This document shows positions 48,736 to 62,288 of a stretch of 64,000 nucleotides of DNA, one piece after another (position 1 is the first letter of the stretch; each line of letters starts with the position of its first letter). The DNA comes from Camelus dromedarius. Taxonomy: Eukaryota. A model generated the notes under the pieces. That model had not been told where the DNA came from. It did no database searches and saw only the letters and a list, made by a program, of their open reading frames with translations. Location: contig NC_087437.1 in NCBI RefSeq assembly GCF_036321535.1, forward strand, positions 61,072,001-61,136,000, written 5' to 3'. A program made the position numbers and the translations under genes.

Positions 48736-49052
48736 CGAGACTACTGTGACCCAGGGGCATTGACAACGAGGGGACTGTGACAGAGACGTAGCTGCTTGCG
48801 AGGGGTCTGCGACCCAGGAGCAGTGAATGTGAAGGGACTCTGACCTCGGAGAACACGAGGAAGAGGCTGCGAGGGGACTATGACCGAGGAAATATGAAGC
48901 AGTGACTGCAGGAGACTGTGACCAAGGGCCAACGACTCGGAGGAGACTGACCAATGGATAATTGTAACTGTGAGGGGACTGTGACCTAAGGGAGCATGAA
49001 GCAGCGGCTTCGGGGAGACTGACCAACGAGCAGTAACTTTGAGGGGCCGACT
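48736..49052 (+). repeat. Degenerate array of ~10 GAGGGGACTGTGACC-like units with variable spacers
   Basis: Units start near 48737, 48768, 48800, 48831, 48871, 48909, 48940, 48972, 49012 and 49041. Confidence 0.85.
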
Positions 49053-50494
49053 TGAAGAACAGTGCGGTACAGTGGCTGGACAGGGTACTGTAGGGTTGTG
49101 TTTGGGTAAGGGGTGTGGTGACTGAATGGAGAAGGTCTTTAGTGGGAAGAACATTGGTCTGGGACTCACCAGACAGACCCAAGTTTAATTTTATGAGCAA
49201 ACTTCTTGTGGCTGGGAGATTTACTTCATCACTGAGCTACATTATCTTCAATGTGAATGGGAAGTTTGAACGAGATTGTTTTCTAAGCTATGGGTTCCAT
49301 CCTGTTGTTGGGTTGTGAAATCCATTTAGTGGATGGCACCTGAACTTAAAAAAAAAAAAAGGAATAGAATAGAAACTTTCAGTGTGTTTACATAGTAAAG
49401 ATAAATATAGTTTCATGAAATGTATTTCAGTTATGTATGTATGCCGTTAAGATGTGAAGTGGATTTCTTGTATCTTAAAATGTATGAAATGAAATGTAGT
49501 AAAAAAAAAAAAAGTTGGAAAAACATTGGACCAGATTATTTCTGAGTCTTCTTTCTAGTTTAAAATGCCATGACCCTGTAATTAGGGGACTGCTTCAAAA
49601 TACACAGTTGTGAAAACTGGATCTGGGGCTGGGACACAGGCTCCATCAGATTGACTTCACTGGAGAAGGTGTCCCAGATATAACTGAGGGGACTAGATAT
49701 GACTGAGGACTGAAACTCAAGTTCTCAGTTGGGAGAACCAATACTTATATCTTGAAATAGGTACAGTGATATTTATAAAGGCAGTGAGGATATAGGGGTT
49801 TGTGATGGGAAAAACTGCTAAGAATAGATTACTAAGGAAGGGGGAAGCTTTGAGAAGGGTAGAAACAAGGCTCTGGAAGGGAACTGAAGATAGAGACAGA
49901 AAAGTAGAGTGGGAGTAGGAAGATATGACCTTCAGGGTCCTTTTAAATCTTGATATTCAGTGATTCTGCAACTACAGAGAATTGCTAGTAAAAAGATACT
50001 AGTTGAGAATGGAGTTTGTTGCAGTAATCAGTGGTAAATAGATAATCATTATGGGGAAGAAAGGATGATCTGGGATGGTCAACAGTGGTGACTGGAATTC
50101 CACAAGGGAGATGTATTTAGCTGTCCAACTCAATGATTTGTGCACTGGAGGCCAAGACTGGCACACTGGGAATGATACCATGCTGTAGATAATTCAAATG
50201 ATATTTTAGCTGTTGGTTTTGTTTCCTACTGATTCTCATTCATGAGGGCTATTAGTGATGCAGATGAAATGAACTAAAGTGAGTTTCACTACTTCCTCCT
50301 TTCTTACAGCCTTTTGTGGAGTGTGCTGATTTTGTCACCCAATGTTTTAAAAAATATATCTAATAGAAAATATATCTAATAGAAGAAGCTTGAGGCAATT
50401 TTAACTTATCATACAGTGTATTTATCTGATTACCTAATAGTCGTCCCCACCCTCTATAATTTGTGATAGGATAAGACAGTTCAGAAAGATGCTT

Positions 50495-50659
50495 TTTAAA
50501 AAAAATTTTTTTATTGAGTTATAGTCCTTTTACAATGTTGTGTCAAATTCCAGTGTAGAGCATAACTTTTTTTTTTTTTAATGGAGGTATCGGGGATTGA
50601 ACCCAGGACCTCCCACATGCTAAGCACATGCTCTACCACTGAGCTACACTCCTACCCCC
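50495..50659 (-). mobile_element. Composite tRNA-SINE head plus L1 3' tip inside one TSD pair
   Basis: SINE 50567-50659, L1 tip 50495-50566. TSD TCAGAAAGAT(G/T)CTT at 50481-50494 and 50660-50673. Confidence 0.85.
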
Positions 50660-51083
50660 TCAGAAAGATTCTTGAATGGGAATGAGTTGGGAATGGTTAG
50701 GGATAGCCTTTGTTTAGCTAAAAAATGGCTAGTTACACCATTTTCTAGAACATTAGATATTTATTTGGCTTATATTCTACATACCTAAAAGGAGCTACTG
50801 AAGAATTTGCTCCTAGAATGGAATATAATGCTCCAGGGTAACTAACCACAGAAGGGAAGACATTTAGGCTTGGGGACTGCAGCACTGCCTCTGGGGTCAT
50901 TTGTGTTTGCTGAATGAAATGATTCTTTTTGATCTACCCTGCTTGCAAGTTCCATTTGAAAACCAGTATAAATGGCCTGATTGATAAAGAGTGAATGTAA
51001 TTCTTTCCTTAGCCTGTGATTTCTCCTCCCATAAATAGGTGAAGTTTTATTTTTCTTGAGTGCCTCCTCACTGGATATATGAT

Positions 51084-51138
51084 CCCTTAAGGAGAATGAT
51101 CTAGTCAGATGAAGCCCTTAAGGAGAATGATCTAGTCA
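51084..51138. repeat. Perfect 24-bp direct repeat with a 7-bp spacer
   Basis: CCCTTAAGGAGAATGATCTAGTCA at 51084-51107 and 51115-51138. Confidence 0.95.
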
Positions 51139-52721
51139 TTCAGAAGTCCCAGGTTACTTTATCTGATGTTAACACTGACTCATTCTGTGACTATAGGAAG
51201 AATTACTGTTTTCTCTTGCTTTAGATTTTCTAACTATGGCATAGGTAACTGTTCTTCTGGTTTAATAGCCCTTTAATAATCTGAAATAAATACCCACTCA
51301 CCAAATTCAGTATACAATCTCCTGGCTTTTGTAAGCGACCTGACCTCATTTATAATTTTCCTATGGAACTGTCTAATCTTTAGATTAGGCATCATTCCCC
51401 TTGGGAGCTGAATAGCCTCTTCAGTTGTAAATTCTGATGAGTATTAATTTATGAAATATTCATTGAAAAAGCAAGCATAATAATTTGCTCTTGTTATTAA
51501 AGATGCATAAGGACAAAATACCTACTAAAACTTGCAATTTTCTAATGCTTTTCTTTCCAAGTATTTGCATAACTCTGATCTGAAGCCAGATCTCTTGGCT
51601 TTTCTACTCATAAAGATAATTCTCCCAACTGAATCATACAGAAATAGGTCTTTCTTACACTAACGTTTGTGTTACCTTAAAATAGATTGGAAAGAATACA
51701 TTTTTCTGAAAGTCACAAGTTTTAGGAAATTTTTTCAGTTAGAGAAACCCTGAAGTCAGAGTACTTCCCAGTCTTCACTGGACTATGAAAATTTCTTTTT
51801 GCTCAAGATTGTGGATGCTTCTACATCTTTTACTTATGCTATCTCTACATAAGTCACCTTAAAGACAGTATGATTAAGGAAGGAGAGAGTGAGATCAGGG
51901 CTCTAGGCTCAACCCTCCTGCTTATTTGCCCACAGGGTAACTTCTAGCACTTTCTCTTCCTAAACTTAAACCTTTCTGTTGCTAGTCCTAAACTTTTCTT
52001 TTCACAATATTCCTGTCAAATGGGTACTTGGACACGTGTTTATAGTGTGATTTGTTTTGTTAATTGTTTTTGAATGATTTGTAGCGAAATTTAAATCCTA
52101 ACTCCCTTCTTCTATAATTCAGTCAGTAAATTCAGGGAATATACATTTTTACATATTCTATTTTGCAGTATATGCCCCAGTGCCATTCTAGAAGAAAAAA
52201 AATCATGAGTCTCTAATATATATTTGGCACTGTGTTAGGTTTGTTTACATACATTATCTCATTAATATAAATATTGAATTGCCTGTATTTTACTGTTTGC
52301 AAAACAGATTAGTAGATAGATGTAGAGCAGGGTTTTGTTTTGTTTTTTCATTTTGTTTTGGCCCTTTTTCTCTCTTTTCTTTTGGTAACTCTCTGGTTGA
52401 AAATTATGTTAGTTTGAAGCTTTCTATGTTTGGACTAGAATGACTGCCAGTGAACCAGGGGAACCCATGGATCTGCTAGGCTGTTGTATCACAATCACAA
52501 CTATTTGCAAACCAGTTTGAAGTGAGGGCTGCTAAAAATAGTGACTTATGGTCTTTGTTCTGTATTAGGGAACAAAATGAGTGTATGGCATTTAACAGAA
52601 AACAGAGAATTACCTCAGATGTGATTGATTGTTTATTTTTTTGGTCCTAAAGCAGTGCCATGGACTGCTTTGGCAGTATGGTGAAACCTTGTGGACTCCT
52701 TTTTTGGAATAATGTTTCTAT

Positions 52722-52995
52722 TTTCTTTAATTTTATTATTTGTTATCTATTTATTTATTTATTTTTACATTTTAAAAATTGAAGTATAGTCAGTTTACAA
52801 TGTTGTGTCAATTTCTGGTGTACAGAACAATGCTTCAGTCATACATGAATGTACATATATTTGTTTTCATATTCTTTTTCACCATAAGCTACTACGAGAT
52901 ATCGAATATAGTTCCCTGTGCTATACAATATAAACTTGTTTATCTATTTTATATATACTATCCAGTATCTGCAAATCTCAAACTCCCAATTTAGA
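52722..52995 (-). mobile_element. 5'-truncated L1 3' end with TSD, inside a probable old hAT-type element (~52650-53400)
   Basis: TSD AATAATGTTTCTAT at 52708-52721 and 52996-53009. Confidence 0.85.
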
Positions 52996-54043
52996 AATAA
53001 TGTTTCTATAAGCAAAAAAACAAAACAAAACATAGAATTATAAAGGAAACAAATTAGGTTGAAATATAGTTATCAAACTTTTAAAAATATGTTAGAGCAC
53101 ATGTGCTTTTTATTAACATAGTAAATAATGTTTACTGTCTATTAATGGGTCTTGTGATTTTGATAATTTTAAAGTGATCATGTGTTTAAACAATATTTCA
53201 AGATACATGTAACAAGTGTAACAGTACATGAAAATACCTGTGATTTCTATTGGTGATGAAGTTTATTCTACTAAATCTGCTATTACTGTTGTTGCTTATG
53301 TTCATATTTGAAGAAATGGTGAATTTGCCAGAGGTATGTGAAAATAAAGATACTTTTTTTGGGGGGTCTAAATCCGAGACTCCCTGAATCTATCATAGAC
53401 ACTGCCTTAGAGTTCTAAGTTCCATAATCCACTCTACAAAGAGCAAAATCTAAACACAGGATTTATTCACTGAATTTTCTGGTACAGTAGTGGCAAAATC
53501 ATTCAACTGTAAAAGCTGTTGCTAGTGTCTCTTGTGGTTTTTAGGATAATCTCTTTCCTGAAATATCCTACTCTGTGGCCGGGACCAAGTATAAGCTTTA
53601 CTTTGGTCCAGGACTAACCCAGGGTCTGGCACAGAATAAGTGCCCACTCGATGTGTGCTGAGTAAGATTTCTCTCAAGAAATTAGAGGGAAGAGATCAAG
53701 TTCAAAGCTGAGGTCTTAGATGTGGCAATCTTCTGGTCTCAAATATTGAGGAATAATACTGAGCTTTGGTTTAACACTAATCTATCAGTGCAGGTCGTGT
53801 TGTGAAATTCACCTTTACATTTAGCTTCCCAAATCAGGCATTCTTTTGACTTATTCTATATGGTGTGATGATATATACAGGTTAGTTGCATAAACTGCAG
53901 TAATCCTGTATTAGAAAGTTACAGTACAGTTTCTTGAAATAATCGTATTCCTAGCACTGTCCTCCATTTTAGAACTGTTTGCTTAATCTGCATAGAATTC
54001 ACTACCAAATTATTGATAAAACTGATCCTGCCTTCATCTACAA

Positions 54044-54262
54044 TAGAGATGACAAGCTTCTTAGGTAAAGGGCCCAATGGTAACTATTAGGCTTTGCAGG
54101 TCATACACTCTGTTGCAACTACTCAGCTCTGCAGTTGTAGCACAAAAGCAACTATAGACAGTACATCAGTGAATGAGCATGACTGTGTTCCAATAAAACT
54201 TTAATTACAAAAACAGGCAGTGAGCCAATTTTGGCCTGTGAGGTGTGATTTGCTGACCCCTG
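54044..54262 (+). mobile_element. MER58A-like hAT-Charlie element
   Basis: GTAAAGGGCC...CTGTGTTCCAATAAAACTTT...TTTGCTGACCCCTG. Confidence 0.85.
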
Positions 54263-57200
54263 CTCTAGGGGTTCTGCTGCTTCTTGAATCTAATCCCTCC
54301 TCCCCACATACCTTCCCTCAAGCTTCAAAGTTCTTTACACAAGGGGTAATATGACTGAACTGTTATCTGTGGGAAGGCCTGAGTGTACAGCAGATGACAT
54401 GATTAATGCCAAGAGTATTTGATGCACTTTAACCCAGGAATTCACAGAGCTTGCTTCTTAGAGCACTACTATTTTAAGCTCCGCAATGGTAGAAGCAAGT
54501 AAAGATCCCAAATATGAAATATGTTTGCTCACTCAGCTTTGGAACTTGGCATTGGTATGCCAGTAGAAAATTACTGATCATAGGTTCTACCGAGGAGGAT
54601 AATTGTAGGCCTAGAGACGGGGGAACAGGAATAGAATGCAAAGGAAAAATTCATGTGTCCTCTTTTTACAGATAGTTCCCTGTAGTACTCAGTCAAATCT
54701 GAATTAGATTTTTGAAACTTGAAGAGTATATACGATTGCAACTTCTGCTATTTAGGTTGTGGCATACCTTTGGAAGCAGAGTCCACCTCCTCTTTCATCC
54801 TGGGGTGTTTACTAGATCTACCAGCAATAAGGAAGTAGAATAGAAGGGATTGGGTGGGAGTTTCTAAAACTGCACTTTTAGGAAGCTTTCATCTTTAAAA
54901 CACAAGCATATGCACTCCACACTCAGATTTTGTCTCCTAGACATTCATATTGGAAAAACACTTGATTAGATTTATCCTCTCTATCTCCTCATTGCCATCC
55001 CTCCCCGCTCACACATATTATTTCCACTTCTGTGTACTTCCTTAGTAGCAAAGTTGATGCATCCAAGCAGGCATCTATTGGAGCACTGAAGAACAAGGCA
55101 AGCAGTGTGTACTGGGAGGTGAGTCAGCAGAAGTGGAGACACTAAGGCACTTAATAGGCAGGGTAGTGGTGGTGGTGGTGATGGTACTGTGAGCATTTAT
55201 GTCCATATTTAGAATTTGTGCTTGAATGGGGGAATTTGAGTGACCAAGATAAGGTGACTTATCTAGAGACTGAATATGCAGCAGTGTTGGAAAGATCAGG
55301 CCTTACAAATGCTGCATTCTGGCTGCCAGCTCCCTTTTTCTCTCTTTTGTTATAGCTTCTTTTGACATAGAACCTTCTGGGGAGGATAAACTGCTAAGGA
55401 GACCGGGACTTTTGGCCCACCCCAGTGGGCTCATGAGGGAGACTCTGTATTCTACCTCCAACTGCTTTAATTCTGACTCATTCCAGCTTAATTCATGTGG
55501 GTACTATTGCTGGAAGCCAGGAACCATCTGCAAATTATTAGTCAATCTCCTGCTTTCCATCCCCATTTTGATCTTGTACTGTATTGGCTCTGAGGAGATG
55601 CCATCTTTTCCCAACCCTGTTACCCACTGGACAAACAGATATTAAGGCACCCAGTGTGTGTGTGTATGTATGTTTTCCCTTTGGAATGTAGATACTTAAA
55701 GCCTCCTCCTTTTCCAGGGCCGTCTTTCACTTTTACTTGAATAGTGTTGGTTGATTACAGAGGTGCAGTTATAAATGGAGAGTTTGGAAAGTATTGTTCC
55801 TCACTGTTGGAGGTATTCAGTGGTTACTGGGCAATTGTGAGTATTGTAAAGGTGGGTGTGGTTTTGAGTAAAGCTAAGTTCCAGTATAATGAACTAAAAA
55901 GCCAACATGCATTTGCTGTCCTCAGTATGCCCTCATCCTCCCACATGCCTTTTCTCACTAGCAAATTTGTTGTGTCCCAGCAGCCATCTATTGGAAATTT
56001 AGGGAAATGGAGGGGAGGGGGTAACTTTTTTCATCAGTTTAGTCACTAATTATTAAATTTTTCTATATACTTTCATGGTGCATAAGTTAGTAGATTTGAG
56101 AAACTTGGGGATGGTCTACCAGTGAAAAATGAAAAAATTTGAGAGACCTATAAAGTCAAATTTAAAAATTAGTAGTAGTTCTAGAGGAAATGTGTGAGAG
56201 TTAATCTCTTTATAATTTCTAAACTCTTCTAAGGTTATTGTTATGGAAGGTCAATGATCTTCGTGTTTTCCATCTCCTAAGAAAGTGGAGAAAATATAGA
56301 AGTATTTTACAGTAAAACCCCAAAAATATTAGGTATGTTTGTTGTAAATCCAAAGGATCTTAAGACTTCAGTTTAAGTCTGATGTGTAATGTTCAGTTTA
56401 AAGTATAATGTAAAATACAATATACAACACAAAAGTCATCTTTGGAAAATAGAAGAACTGTACATGAGCAGATAAGGAAAAATACTTTTGACAGGATGAG
56501 AGCTTTGTTGTGCCTTCTTTGATACACTTATAAATTGGCAAGTACTTGATCTCTTTCCATCAAAACAAAACTCTAATGTGTGTAACTACAGTGCTTTTCA
56601 AAATGTCAAAGGAGTATTTTTTACTTACTACATTTATTTAAATAGTTACTAAGCACCTACTGTGTGCCGAGGCTCATTGCCAGGTACTGAATGCATCAAT
56701 TGTGATTTTGTTGTTCCAGGTGATAAGAAACCCAGCTTAACTGAGTTTAAGCAGAAAAGGAATGTATTAGTTGGTACAATTAGACAGCTCAGGATCTGGC
56801 TTCTCTCCATCATTGCTTTCTCTGTGTTGACGCTTTTAGAAAAGGCCCTCTCCCTGGTTATAGTATGACTACTAGATTGTCACAGGATGGTTCCTAGAAT
56901 CATGTCTCCAGGTTTGAATCCACAAAGAAAGAAGTGATACTATTTGTCCAAGCATTCCCATCTGGCGAGTCCTAAAATTCACTCTGATTATATGATCTTA
57001 GGTCATTTATCACTGCCTTTCCCACCTCCCTCCTCCCCTAGTCTGTGGCCTGGGAGAGTGATGACTGATTGATTCAGGTTTGGCATATACCATCTGATGC
57101 TATGGCTAAGGGTGAGGCTCACACAGACCAAATGAGACTGAGTCTCCATTTGAAAATGGGTTCTTTTCAGAGCAGGAGAATTGAACAGTGGGAAGACAAA

Positions 57201-57684
57201 CAACATCAGAAAGTTTTTATTTTTTTATTATTATTTTTTGTGTATATTTTGGCCCCAGATTTTCATTTTAGATGAGAATTAGGTGTGAGACTCTCTGGTC
57301 TATAAGCTTCCTATTTTACCTAATTTTTAAAGTATCTAGATTTATCATCAGTAATTAAGGAGTGAGATTATTCTTTGCTGAATATGGCCAATTTTTCAAA
57401 TTCTGGGAGCAGATTTTGCATCTTGCATGAATTTTCTTCCATGATTAAGAGGTCTAATAATAATACCATATTTTACATTCATTTGGCACATTAACTTTTA
57501 TACATGTATTTTCACACGCATTATCATATTTAAAAATTCTCCCAGCTGACCTCTTAAGCAGATAATGAAACAGACTCAGTGTAATGATTGCTGGAAGTTT
57601 CATGGCTAGCAAGGGGCAGAGCCAGGACCAAACCCTCATTCTTCTCCCCTTGACTTTAATAATTTTTTTCTTTGAGTTAATGGT

Positions 57685-57898
57685 TTTATTTTTTTAAACA
57701 TTTTTTATTGAGTTATAGTCATTTTACAATGTTGTGTCAATTTCCAGTGTAGAGCACAATTTTTCAGTTATACATGAACATACATTTTTTTTTCGCTGTG
57801 AGCTACCACAAGATCTTGTATATATTTCCCTGTGGTATACAGTATAATCAGGTTTATCTATTCTACATTTTGAAATCCCAGTCTGTCCTTTCCCACCC
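57685..57898 (-). mobile_element. 5'-truncated L1 3' end
   Basis: Same young L1 3' UTR as at 46214 and 62098. Confidence 0.85.
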
Positions 57899-58294
57899 TA
57901 GAAAGTTTATATATTGTAATTTCTCATTTGCTTCTTACCATGACTTAAGAATTAAGTATGTTTTATTTAGTACCTTCCTTAATCACATGAAGAAACTCTT
58001 AGAGTCAAGGTACTTACCTTAACTTCGAGTTAGGGTAATGAGAGGAGTGAGAATTAAGTCCCAGTTTATATGATATTATTCCTGGTCTAGTGCCCCCTCT
58101 ACCCTTCTACTTGGGCCCAAACTAAAATAAGCCCCTGGAGTTCCTGAGTAGTCTGCCAGGGATATGCCCAATGAGGAGGAGCCCATGCTTTATGAAGGAT
58201 GAAATTAGATTCCTGCCTGGCACAGTGTAGCCCATGGCCAGAGTGCGTTAAGTGATTTTGTTTTAAGTTCATGTGTGACCACTTTATATACTGG

Positions 58295-58545
58295 GCAGCA
58301 TAGTGATGTTGTTAAGCGCATAGACCCTAGAGCCAGAATGCCTTGGTTCAAATCCTGTTTTTGCCCTGTCCTGTGTGTGTGACCTCAGTCAAGTCATTTA
58401 ATCCAGCTGTTCCTCAATTGCTTCATCTGCAAAATAGGGCTAATCTACCTCATAAGATTGACGTGAGAATTAAATTATTTAATATATACATAAGGTTTAT
58501 AACTTCCTGGCACATAGGAAGTACTCTGTAAGTGTTAGCTATAAT
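58295..58545 (+). mobile_element. MIR SINE
   Basis: GGTTCAAATCC B box, GTGACCT and CATCTGCAAAATAGGG core. Confidence 0.8.
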
Positions 58546-58957
58546 TTTTATCATCACTATTATCATCATAGTTTTTGGGACTGTAATAGAGAAATGTGGA
58601 TTATGTAATAGTACAATGAGACAGGTCTACATCTGATTGAAAAATCATTAAGAATTCTGAATATATTTTTCTATTCTATTTTCTAAAGATAAACTATGCT
58701 GTGTTATACATTGTACTAAGCTAGAGTATTAAGAGTGGATCTCAGTGAAGAGAGAGAGTTCTAGTAGTATGTCACACTGGTGTGTGGTGACATATCTATC
58801 CAGATCATTATTTTCAGCACTTACTTGGATGGAGACATAAAAACCATGCTTTCAATTTTATAGATTACATAAAACAGTGATAGCTAATATGATAGGTGGC
58901 AGTCAAGATTTGAAATTATTTTAACAGATTAGAGCAAACAAAAAGATAAACTGAGGT

Positions 58958-59316
58958 TTGAAGAAATGGAAAGATATCCCATGCTCATGGATTGGAATAA
59001 TTAATATAGTTAAAATTGCCATACTACCCAATGCAATCTACAGATTTAATGCAATCCCTATCAAAATACCCAGGACATTTTTCACAGAACTAAGACAAAT
59101 AATCCTAAAATTTATATGTAATCACAGACCCAGAATTGCCAAAGCAATACTGAAGAAAAAGAATGAAGCTGGAGGATTAACCCTCCCAGATTTCAGAAAG
59201 TACTATAGAGCTATAGTAATCAAGACAGTGTGATATTGGCACAAAAACAAACATATGGATCAATGGAACAGAACAGAGAGCCCAGAAATAAACCCACACA
59301 CTTACAGTCAATTAAT
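58958..59316 (+). mobile_element. Internal L1 ORF2 fragment without 3' UTR or poly(A)
   Basis: ORF translates [34 protein letters not shown], typical of L1 ORF2p. Confidence 0.9.
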
Positions 59317-60869
59317 AGTGCCAGACACTGAGTTAAAAGTGTTACATGGATTATTCCATTTAAACCTCATTTGTTAGATGTTGAAACTAAGACTTGGAGA
59401 GAGTGAGGAATTTGTCCAAATTTTCTTGACTAGAAAGTGGTAGAAATGGGATTCATACGTAGATAATCTGATTTTAGAGTCTGACCTCTTTTTAATCACT
59501 ACACTATGCAAATGGAGTGAGGTTGAAGATTTTTACATTTCTCAAAATGGAATGTGGATAAAAAATACTGAGAAACACTGCTTTAGAAATTTGATTAGAG
59601 GTGTTATGTAAGGAGGATGGAGAGATTTTGAAGAATGTATATACTTAACTGAAATACAGGTAAAATGTATTAGTATTAGTTACCAAAGGGCCTTGTAAAA
59701 TAATAATAATAATAATAATAATAATAGCGTTGATATTTTTCTTTGTGAATTTTACTTTAGCTTCTCTTGCCTTGAGTCTTCTATGATATTTTATATTTTT
59801 GTTATAATTTTTTTAATCTAGTAGAATAGATCCAGTGTAACAATATATAGTGACCCCAAGTATCAATTTGACTTTAGAATATCTTTAAAACCACACTGGC
59901 AGTATTTAGAGCCTTTGCTTCTTTCTAGTATGATGATATGTACCATGTGTTTGGCTGGTTAAGTTGAATCGTACAACAAGATGGTTCAATACTTCAAGAA
60001 ATAAGCAGTTAAACAGCAAAGCAAAATTTATATTATGTATATTTTACCACAACATAAACAAAACAAAACAAACAAAAAAGCAAAGCAAAGCAAAGTCAGA
60101 GTGGGGAGAAGAGATGGATTACAAAGTGGCATGAGGAAACTTGAAAGTGAGAGACTTGTTCATTATCTTAATTTTGATGATTTCACAGGTATATGGATAT
60201 GTTAATACTCATTAAATTACACGCTTTAAAATACTTTATTCTGTGTCAATTATGTCTCATTCAATAAAGCTGTAAAAATATTATAGCACATATATCCTCT
60301 CCCCGACCCAACCCATACACAGAGCAAAGACTTCTGAGAAGTTGCTAGACATGTCTTTAGATGTGTGAAGTATTTTTCTATTAAACTTGAAGGAATTTTA
60401 ACTTGAAGTCATGGAAAATGACTGGTGAGAATATGATATGACATTTCCCCCTTGATGTATTATGGCACCCTTATCATGAATGAAAAGTACAGATAATTTA
60501 AGCACCACCTATTTGTAATGTCAGAAGAGGGAGGAGCAGAGAATGAAAGAATTCTTTATTGCTTAAGTTGGAAGCATATCAAGAAAGTCTAGCAAAACTA
60601 TCCAATAGGAAAGATCTGCATATCCGTACCGCTGACAAATCAGGCAGCCTTGGAAGCAGGCCAACAGCCACGTCAGTTCTCTTTGATTTGTCCTGGAACC
60701 TTGTTTGTCTTTAAGTGACTGTAACCTTTTATTCCACTGGTCAGTTAGGCTGGTCTGACTTAAGTTTGCAAAAACTTAAGGGACCCATGCCATAGAAAGA
60801 ATGTTCTTGATTAAAGGAAGCAGCAGTAGTAATGAGACAGCTTCTTTTAAAAAATCTTGGATTTCTGGG

Positions 60870-61100
60870 AGACAGCAGAATATAGTGGTAAGGACTTTGG
60901 AATTAGACTAGTCTAGATTTAAATCCTGGCTCTCCCACCCACTTACTAGCTGATCTCTGGATAGGTTGCTTAACTTCCCTGATCCTTAGTTTTCTCACTT
61001 GAAAATTGTGACTAAAAACACCTGCTTCTCAGGTTATATGAGTCAAATGAGACTAATGTATATAAAGTACCGAGCACAGTTCCTGGCACTGCTAAATACT
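60870..61100 (+). mobile_element. MIR SINE
   Basis: AAATCCTGGCTCT...CACTTACTAGCTG...CTTAGTTTTCTCA. Confidence 0.7.
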
Positions 61101-62097
61101 GACACAAAAGATGGGTATTATTATGAATGTTGCTGTTATTATGTACTTCCTTGCAAGACATACAGATTATTAAAACATACTTCTTGGAATATATGTATTA
61201 TCTACACTGATTCATAGAGTTAGGAAGGAGGGGGAATCTGTTTCCAGAGACCCCAAAAGACAACTTTGATGAGGGCCTATCTGTGTAGAATTGTTTTTGA
61301 GAATTTAAAAAATTAAACTTTTTACTTTGAAAAAAAAAAAGTAAAGCCTTTTAGAAAAGTTGCAAGGATATTTAAAGGAATTCCTTCATGCCCCACTTAG
61401 ATTCATACACTGATGACATTTTGCCAAATTTGCTTTGCCTTTTTACATGTAATATACACATTTTTCTTTTTCTTTCCTTTTTTTCCCCCTGAGGGTAATT
61501 TGGAGAGATCGTAACCTTTCATCCCTTAATACTTCAACATTTATCTTTAAAAACAAGGACAGTCTTTTATATAACAATGTAGTTATCAAATTTGAGAAGT
61601 TTATATTATATTGATGCATATTATCCAACACACAGTCCGTATTCAAATTTTACTGATTGTCCTAATAACTATCGTTTATAGCAATTTCTCCCCCAATCTG
61701 GAATTATGCAGTACATCTAGGTGTTATTTCTTTGGTCTCTTTTAACCTGGAACAGTTCCTCAGCCTTTCATTATTTTTCATGATTGACATTGAAGAATAC
61801 AGGCTTATTGTTTTGTAGGACATCCTTCAGTTGAGGTTTGTCTGATTATTCCTCATAAATCTATATAGGTTATGCATTTTTGGCAGGTAATGTGTCCTCA
61901 GTGCCTCACATCAGGAGGCATTATTAGTGATGTTAATTAACTTTAATTACTTAGCTAAGATTTTTTTTTCACTTTAAAGGTAACTCTTTTCACATTGTAA
62001 TTAATAAGTCACTGAAGGAAAGATACTTCGAAACTATGTAAATAATCCTATTCCTAAACAAATTTTCCTCCAATGGTTTAGAATCCTAAGGAGCATT

Positions 62098-62288
62098 GTT
62101 TTTAAAACATTTTTTTATTGAGTTATAGTCATTTTACAGTGTTGTGTCAAATTCCAGTGTAGAGCACAATTTTTCAGTTATACATGAACATACATATATT
62201 CATTGTGACATTTTTTTTTTCCACTGTGAGCTACCACAAGATCTTGTATGTATTTCCCTGTGCTATACAGTATAATCTTGTTTATCTA
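62098..62288 (-). mobile_element. 5'-truncated young L1 3' end with TSD
   Basis: TSD CTAAGGAGCATT at 62086-62097 and 62289-62300. Confidence 0.9.

Noticed and set aside
48736..49052. CRISPR array interpretation
   Set aside because: Mammalian intron with short degenerate cores, related spacers and no cas genes.
48430..49200. 256-aa minus-strand ORF, the longest in the track
   Set aside because: Starts at TTG and is Ser/Pro-rich low complexity. It arises from the GC-rich repeat array and CpG island, and has no recognisable domain.
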